Origin: Nitrosopumilus sp.
GTDB taxonomy: Archaea; Thermoproteota; Nitrososphaeria; Nitrososphaerales; Nitrosopumilaceae
Reading direction: 5' to 3'
Assembly (NCBI GenBank): GCA_965249555.1
Contig: OZ252243.1
Span: forward strand, 1,408,001-1,472,000
DNA length: 64,000 nt
The stretch's first letter is position 1. Each line of letters opens with the position of its first letter. The position numbers were made by a program, and so were the translations under genes. The notes below the pieces were generated by a model. That model did not search any database. It was not told the origin of the DNA and was given only the letters and a program-made list of their open reading frames with translations. Below, in pieces: positions 59,377 through 64,000 of the stretch.

Positions 59377-61449
59377 ATGGCAATCAATCCTTTCACTCAG
59401 TTTGTTTTTGATCTGTTTATCATCGCAGCTGTTATAATTACTATGTATACCTGCAATTTTTACTATCTTGCTTTTCTTTCTCGAAAAAGAAAAGATGTTT
59501 TGTCCACTGTTGATATAGGAACTCCGTCAGTTACAATTCAGCTTCCAATATACAACGAAAAATATGTTGCAAAGAGACTGGTTGATGCAGTTTGTAGCAT
59601 GGATTATCCTAATGAGAAAATGAAGATTATGGTGTTAGATGATTCTGATGATGATACTGTTGCATTGCTTGAAACTGTAGTTAATGATTACAAGAAACAA
59701 GGATTTCAAATTGAGCACATAAGACGTGGAACAAGAAAAGGGTACAAAGCAGGCGCATTGAAATACGCTATGCAGATAACAGATTCTGAACTAGTTGCAA
59801 TCTTTGATGCTGACTTTATTCCCCCTACGTGGTTTCTCAAACGTGCAATCCCCTACTTTTCAAAACCAAACATTGGTCTTATTCAATGTCGTTGGGGACA
59901 TGTAAATGAAAACTATTCTGTAATTACCCAAGCACAAGCACTCAGTCTTGACTTTCATTTTCTCATAGAACAAAAAGCCAAAAGTAATTCTCACCTATTC
60001 ATGAATTTCAATGGCACTGCTGGAATTTGGAAACGTGACTGTATTGAAGATGCTGGAGGTTGGCATACTGCTACACTAGTTGAAGATCTTGATCTAAGTT
60101 ATAGAGCACAAATGAAAGGATGGAAATGTGTGTTTTTACCTGACATTGTAGTTGATGCAGAACTTCCCGCTCAGATGAATGCAGCTAAACGGCAACAATT
60201 CAGATGGGCAAAAGGCTCTATTCAATGTGCAATCAAACTACTTTTTGATATTGCTGTTAAACGTAAAGTTGCAGTTGAAGCAAAGATTCAGGCATTCATA
60301 CAACTTACTCGTCACATTGTTTATCCATTAATGCTGATACAATTTTTGGCACTACCCGTCTTGTTAGCGGGACAAGTTAACCTTTATGTGATTAGTTTTC
60401 TTCCTCTCATTACATTTGCAACATATCTTGCAATGGGGCCTGGTGCATACATTATGATTATACAGAGTATGTATCACAAGACATGGAAATCAAAAGCAAA
60501 GATATTGCCATACTTGTTAGTCTACAATGCTGGATTGTCAGTAAACAATACTGTTGCAGTCTTTGATGCAGTACTTGGAAAGAAAAATGAATTTCTTAGA
60601 ACTCCAAAGTATGGAATCATAACAAAAGATGATGATTGGAAAGACAAAGCATACAATTTACCTTTTTCACAAACTACTCTCTTGGAGATCTTTTTTGGTG
60701 TATATGGTATAATGGGAATCTTTATCTCAATATTTTCAAACAATCCTGTGTTTGTACCAATTATTGGATTGCAAACTGTCGGATTTTTCTATATTGCCTA
60801 CATGAGTCTGTCTCATACGCGATTTAAAAGAAATAAATCAAGTGATAATCGTGTGATGACCAAGAACGAGAAAATGGCGAAAATTATTTACAAACTTTCC
60901 ATAGCTGGAATAATTGGAATTATTGTTTTTGGAGGATTTATGGCAATCAATGGATACAACACCGACATTTATCCTCTTGATAGAATGAGAGGCCATTTTG
61001 ATGGAATTATAGGCTCATCTGATCCTGTTGCAATCCGTGCTCATTTAGTAGCAATTCAAACAGATTTGAATATTGTTATGGAAAATCCAAATCTACTTGA
61101 GGCAACAAATGCAAATGGTGATGTCATCTCCAAAAATCCTGTTTGGATGTTTCCTACAGATTCTACAAATTTTCTAAGAATACAAAATGATGTAAACACA
61201 ATGCTTACAGGTATTGATAAAATCTCAACTGTTCCAAAGGACAGTTCTGCATATCATACGGGAATGATAGATATTAGTGATAGGGCATTACATTTGAGGA
61301 TTAACATTATGGATGCAACTCCATACATGTATGTTAGTGCTCCAAATGTACTGTACAGTGTAATTTGGATTGTTGCAATCTTGGCAATTTTTGCTACATT
61401 GAAACGTAAACAAGAACAACTCAAAGAAGTTGACGCTGCAGGAATTTAA
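59377..61449 (+). CDS. Processive GT2 glycosyltransferase (cellulose-synthase-like)
   Basis: QLPIYNE, DDSDD, KAG, DAD, VED and QQFRW motifs; multiple TM helices. Confidence 0.92.
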   Translation: MAINPFTQFVFDLFIIAAVIITMYTCNFYYLAFLSRKRKDVLSTVDIGTPSVTIQLPIYNEKYVAKRLVDAVCSMDYPNEKMKIMVLDDSDDDTVALLETVVNDYKKQGFQIEHIRRGTRKGYKAGALKYAMQITDSELVAIFDADFIPPTWFLKRAIPYFSKPNIGLIQCRWGHVNENYSVITQAQALSLDFHFLIEQKAKSNSHLFMNFNGTAGIWKRDCIEDAGGWHTATLVEDLDLSYRAQMKGWKCVFLPDIVVDAELPAQMNAAKRQQFRWAKGSIQCAIKLLFDIAVKRKVAVEAKIQAFIQLTRHIVYPLMLIQFLALPVLLAGQVNLYVISFLPLITFATYLAMGPGAYIMIIQSMYHKTWKSKAKILPYLLVYNAGLSVNNTVAVFDAVLGKKNEFLRTPKYGIITKDDDWKDKAYNLPFSQTTLLEIFFGVYGIMGIFISIFSNNPVFVPIIGLQTVGFFYIAYMSLSHTRFKRNKSSDNRVMTKNEKMAKIIYKLSIAGIIGIIVFGGFMAINGYNTDIYPLDRMRGHFDGIIGSSDPVAIRAHLVAIQTDLNIVMENPNLLEATNANGDVISKNPVWMFPTDSTNFLRIQNDVNTMLTGIDKISTVPKDSSAYHTGMIDISDRALHLRINIMDATPYMYVSAPNVLYSVIWIVAILAIFATLKRKQEQLKEVDAAGI

Positions 61450-62828
61450 GAAATATTCAAATCATCTCTGATTTCATCTACTGCTCTAATTCCATAAATG
61501 TCTCTTACTTGCTGAATTCTTACTACTTCCTTAAACAAGTCTCTTCCAATTGCATTTGTCAGCATTGAATAGACATCACTGAATCGAATTTCCCACCTGT
61601 CTGCACAATCAAAAATTTTACTTACTGCCCACTGTCTAACTTCATAGGGAAGTGGAATTTTTTCACCTGATTCTATTGAAATTCTGTCAAACAGATTAAC
61701 AATATCTGCAGTTTGTGATGCCATCTTTTCAAGATCTTTTACATCTCCATACTTTGATTCTGCGTTCATTCTGATGCCTGATTGATATTCTGAAAGCTTT
61801 AACAACGCCATCATCTCTTTTGATGAATCACTTGATACTTTGTTTGTAACATTTTTGACTGATTGCATCTCTTCAAATAATTTTTCAGATTTTTTATGAA
61901 ATTCTGCAGTAGATGCATCTTGCCTTTTTACAATGTCTGAGACAGAAGCTACTTTTTCTTCAATTTTATTTATTTTATCTCCAAGTTCTTTGATGGATTC
62001 TAGGCTCAAACCCTCTACGGAATTTGTCTTTAATGCTATGGTGTCGAATTGCTGTTTAAGGCCATCAATTACTCCGCCTAATGAGTCAATTTTTGATGCT
62101 TTGGATGATATGGCATCAATTGTGATCTTGATTGCTTCTAGTTCTGCATTAAGATTGGATGTAAATGATGCACCTTCAATGATTTTTCCAAGTTCTTGTT
62201 TTAGGCTTTCAATAATTTGATTGCCTGTTTCTAATTTTCCAGTTTTTCCTGAAATCATCTCTACACTATTTTTTAGTTTACTCATTTCAGAACCAATTTC
62301 TAAAAATGAGTCTGCTTTTCCAGAAACTTTTCTGAGATCATCTCTTACCTCATCAATTCTCTGAGCAATTTTGATAATCATTTCAGAATTGTTTCTAATT
62401 GAATTTACACTATCTTCTACTTTTTGAGACAATCCTTGAGATTTTGATGCATTTGAAATTTTGTTTACCTCTTCTTGTAATTTGGTGGTTTGGTCATTGA
62501 TCTTGTTGACTAGATTAAATTGTGTTCTTACTTGATTTAATCCAGAGTATAGTTTCTGCGTGTCATCTTCTATGATGTTGATTTGTTTTGATTGTTTTTG
62601 AATATGTTCTAATGTTGATGTTAATGTGTCTATCATTCCTTTCATTGATACCAGGATCTTTTGGTTTTCACCAAAAATTTTTGACATTCCCTTGATCTCT
62701 TTTTGTAAGGACTTGTTAGAATCTGAAACTGATGCTACCTTTTTTAATAGTATGGCTGGGCTTGGCTCTCTTTTTGTAACTTTTTTTGTTCGTTTTACTA
62801 TTTTTTTCTTTGTAGTTTTGGTAGCCAT
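61446..62828 (-). CDS. Long coiled-coil protein
   Basis: Basic N-terminus, ~300 aa of heptads and a small globular C-terminal domain. Confidence 0.75.
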   Translation of the reverse strand: MATKTTKKKIVKRTKKVTKREPSPAILLKKVASVSDSNKSLQKEIKGMSKIFGENQKILVSMKGMIDTLTSTLEHIQKQSKQINIIEDDTQKLYSGLNQVRTQFNLVNKINDQTTKLQEEVNKISNASKSQGLSQKVEDSVNSIRNNSEMIIKIAQRIDEVRDDLRKVSGKADSFLEIGSEMSKLKNSVEMISGKTGKLETGNQIIESLKQELGKIIEGASFTSNLNAELEAIKITIDAISSKASKIDSLGGVIDGLKQQFDTIALKTNSVEGLSLESIKELGDKINKIEEKVASVSDIVKRQDASTAEFHKKSEKLFEEMQSVKNVTNKVSSDSSKEMMALLKLSEYQSGIRMNAESKYGDVKDLEKMASQTADIVNLFDRISIESGEKIPLPYEVRQWAVSKIFDCADRWEIRFSDVYSMLTNAIGRDLFKEVVRIQQVRDIYGIRAVDEIRDDLNIS

Positions 62829-62889
62829 ATGAATTGAATTAAAAATTTAATGATAAAAAAGTTAGGTCTAAAATAAAAAATGTAAAGAG

Positions 62890-62997
62890 TTACTTGTTTA
62901 CAACTCTTGGCTCATGAAGTAATTCATGAAATGTCTTTTCAGTCAAACCATTCATGGTTTCAATAAACCCTCTTGTACAATATTCGCACTGAATCAT
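62890..62997 (-). CDS. 35-aa C2H2-like zinc-finger microprotein (not in ORF track)
   Basis: MIQCEYCTRGFIETMNGLTEKTFHELLHEPRVVNK (CxxC...HxxxH); TATTAATA ~25 bp upstream. Confidence 0.65.
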   Translation of the reverse strand: MIQCEYCTRGFIETMNGLTEKTFHELLHEPRVVNK

Positions 62998-63022
62998 ATA
63001 GTACGGTATGGTACCGTACTAT
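62998..63022. promoter_or_regulatory. Perfect inverted repeat, candidate operator
   Basis: ATAGTACGGTA-tgg-TACCGTACTAT, 11-bp arms, between the TATA box and ATG of the zinc-finger microprotein. Confidence 0.6.
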
Positions 63023-63259
63023 TAATACTCAGGTAATTACAACGTAACCAATGACGCAGTCAGATACCCCAGGTCATATCTCTACATTTGATTCAGCTGA
63101 CCTAATCATCACTCTGCATTTTGATTATAATCACTGAGCATAAAGAGGTTAAAGATTATGAATACATTGAGCCTGTTTTCAATTATTTGATATCTGTTTA
63201 ATTTTATTTTCAAATTTTTAATGAGCGATCATTTTTAAACAAATTTGTTAAATGATAAC

Positions 63260-64000
63260 ATGCAAAACATTCTGCTTCAATTAGATTCAAATGGAATTCA
63301 AAGCACGCTTAACAACACTGTTACCAGTTTAATTGAACAGATTACCCCTGAACTTCCTCATACTAGTTTCATTACTGATTTGGCTTTTATCATGATAATT
63401 GGTGCTGTAGTTACACTAGCATTTTTTAAAATAAAACAACCTTTGATCATTGGTTATCTATTTGCAGGAATGCTGATTGGTCCTCTGTCTCCATTATGGT
63501 CCTGGATTTTACCTGAAGGAGGTCCTACTGATGTTGTTTCAGGAAGTGTAGGAATTTTATCTGATATTGAGGCATTGAATCTTTTTGCTGAAATTGGTGT
63601 CATCTTACTTCTTTTTGTAATCGGTATTGAATTTCCCTATTCAAAAATCAAAACAATTGGTCGTAAGGCAGTTGGAATTGGAACTATAGGGTTGTTTTCA
63701 ACAATGGGTGTCATATTTTACACTGCCACCGTACTCGGATTGGCATTCATGGATGCGTTGTTTATTTCAGCCGCACTATCAATATCAAGTACTGCAATCA
63801 TTGTTAAAATTCTTGAGGATACAGGAAAAATCAAAAAAGAATCTTCTTTGCTTGTTTTAGGCATTTTAATTGTTGAAGATGTAATTGCCGTAATTCTAAT
63901 TTCCTCATTACAGTCTATTGCATTAGTTGGAACTGTATCAATTGAATCTATTATTGCAGTAGTGACAGTTGCAATTGCTCTTATTGTTGGAACCTTTACT
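63260..64000 (+). CDS. CPA2 (Kef-type) cation:proton antiporter, 5' part
   Basis: KQPLIIGYLFAGMLIGP, AEIGVILLLFVIGIEF, SISSTAII and GILIVEDV; runs off window end. Confidence 0.92.
   Translation, partial: MQNILLQLDSNGIQSTLNNTVTSLIEQITPELPHTSFITDLAFIMIIGAVVTLAFFKIKQPLIIGYLFAGMLIGPLSPLWSWILPEGGPTDVVSGSVGILSDIEALNLFAEIGVILLLFVIGIEFPYSKIKTIGRKAVGIGTIGLFSTMGVIFYTATVLGLAFMDALFISAALSISSTAIIVKILEDTGKIKKESSLLVLGILIVEDVIAVILISSLQSIALVGTVSIESIIAVVTVAIALIVGTFT

Noticed and set aside
61446-62828. Methyl-accepting chemotaxis protein or SMC
   Set aside because: No MCP signalling hairpin motif and no Walker A/B motifs; only generic coiled coil.

Overview
Core chromosomal segment of an AT-rich marine ammonia-oxidising archaeon (Nitrosopumilus-like, Nitrososphaerota), judged from gene content and order. 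Housekeeping blocks: alaS, the L12/L10/L1/L11/Spt5/SecE cluster, L32e/L19e, pckA, sod-pfdA-ftsY-argF, L18-S5-L30-L15-secY-adk-cmk-cbf5, an intron-containing tRNA-Ser(GGA), korAB, cofE, two isopropylmalate/homoaconitate dehydratase pairs, rpoD-L18e-L13-S9 and the exosome superoperon. Accessory DNA sits at four places. (1) A DUF3800 (RNase H-fold) gene between rpl1 and the Lrp/rpl11 genes, with a convergent candidate ~60-nt structured ncRNA and possible promoter. (2) A rearranged surface-protein gene and a small gene pair near 13.6-15.2 kb. (3) A membrane di-iron desaturase/hydroxylase gene after tRNA-Ser. (4) A ~7.6-kb decayed integrative element in the 3' end of pcc1, with a 10-bp direct repeat, an integrase relic and tandemly duplicated secreted MORN/YwqK-repeat cassettes. 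Also seen: FtsY with 29 perfect PDPT repeats and an in-frame stop cutting off its tail, and several Cys/His-rich microproteins missed by the ORF track. All family calls come from motif recognition by eye; no database searches were run.
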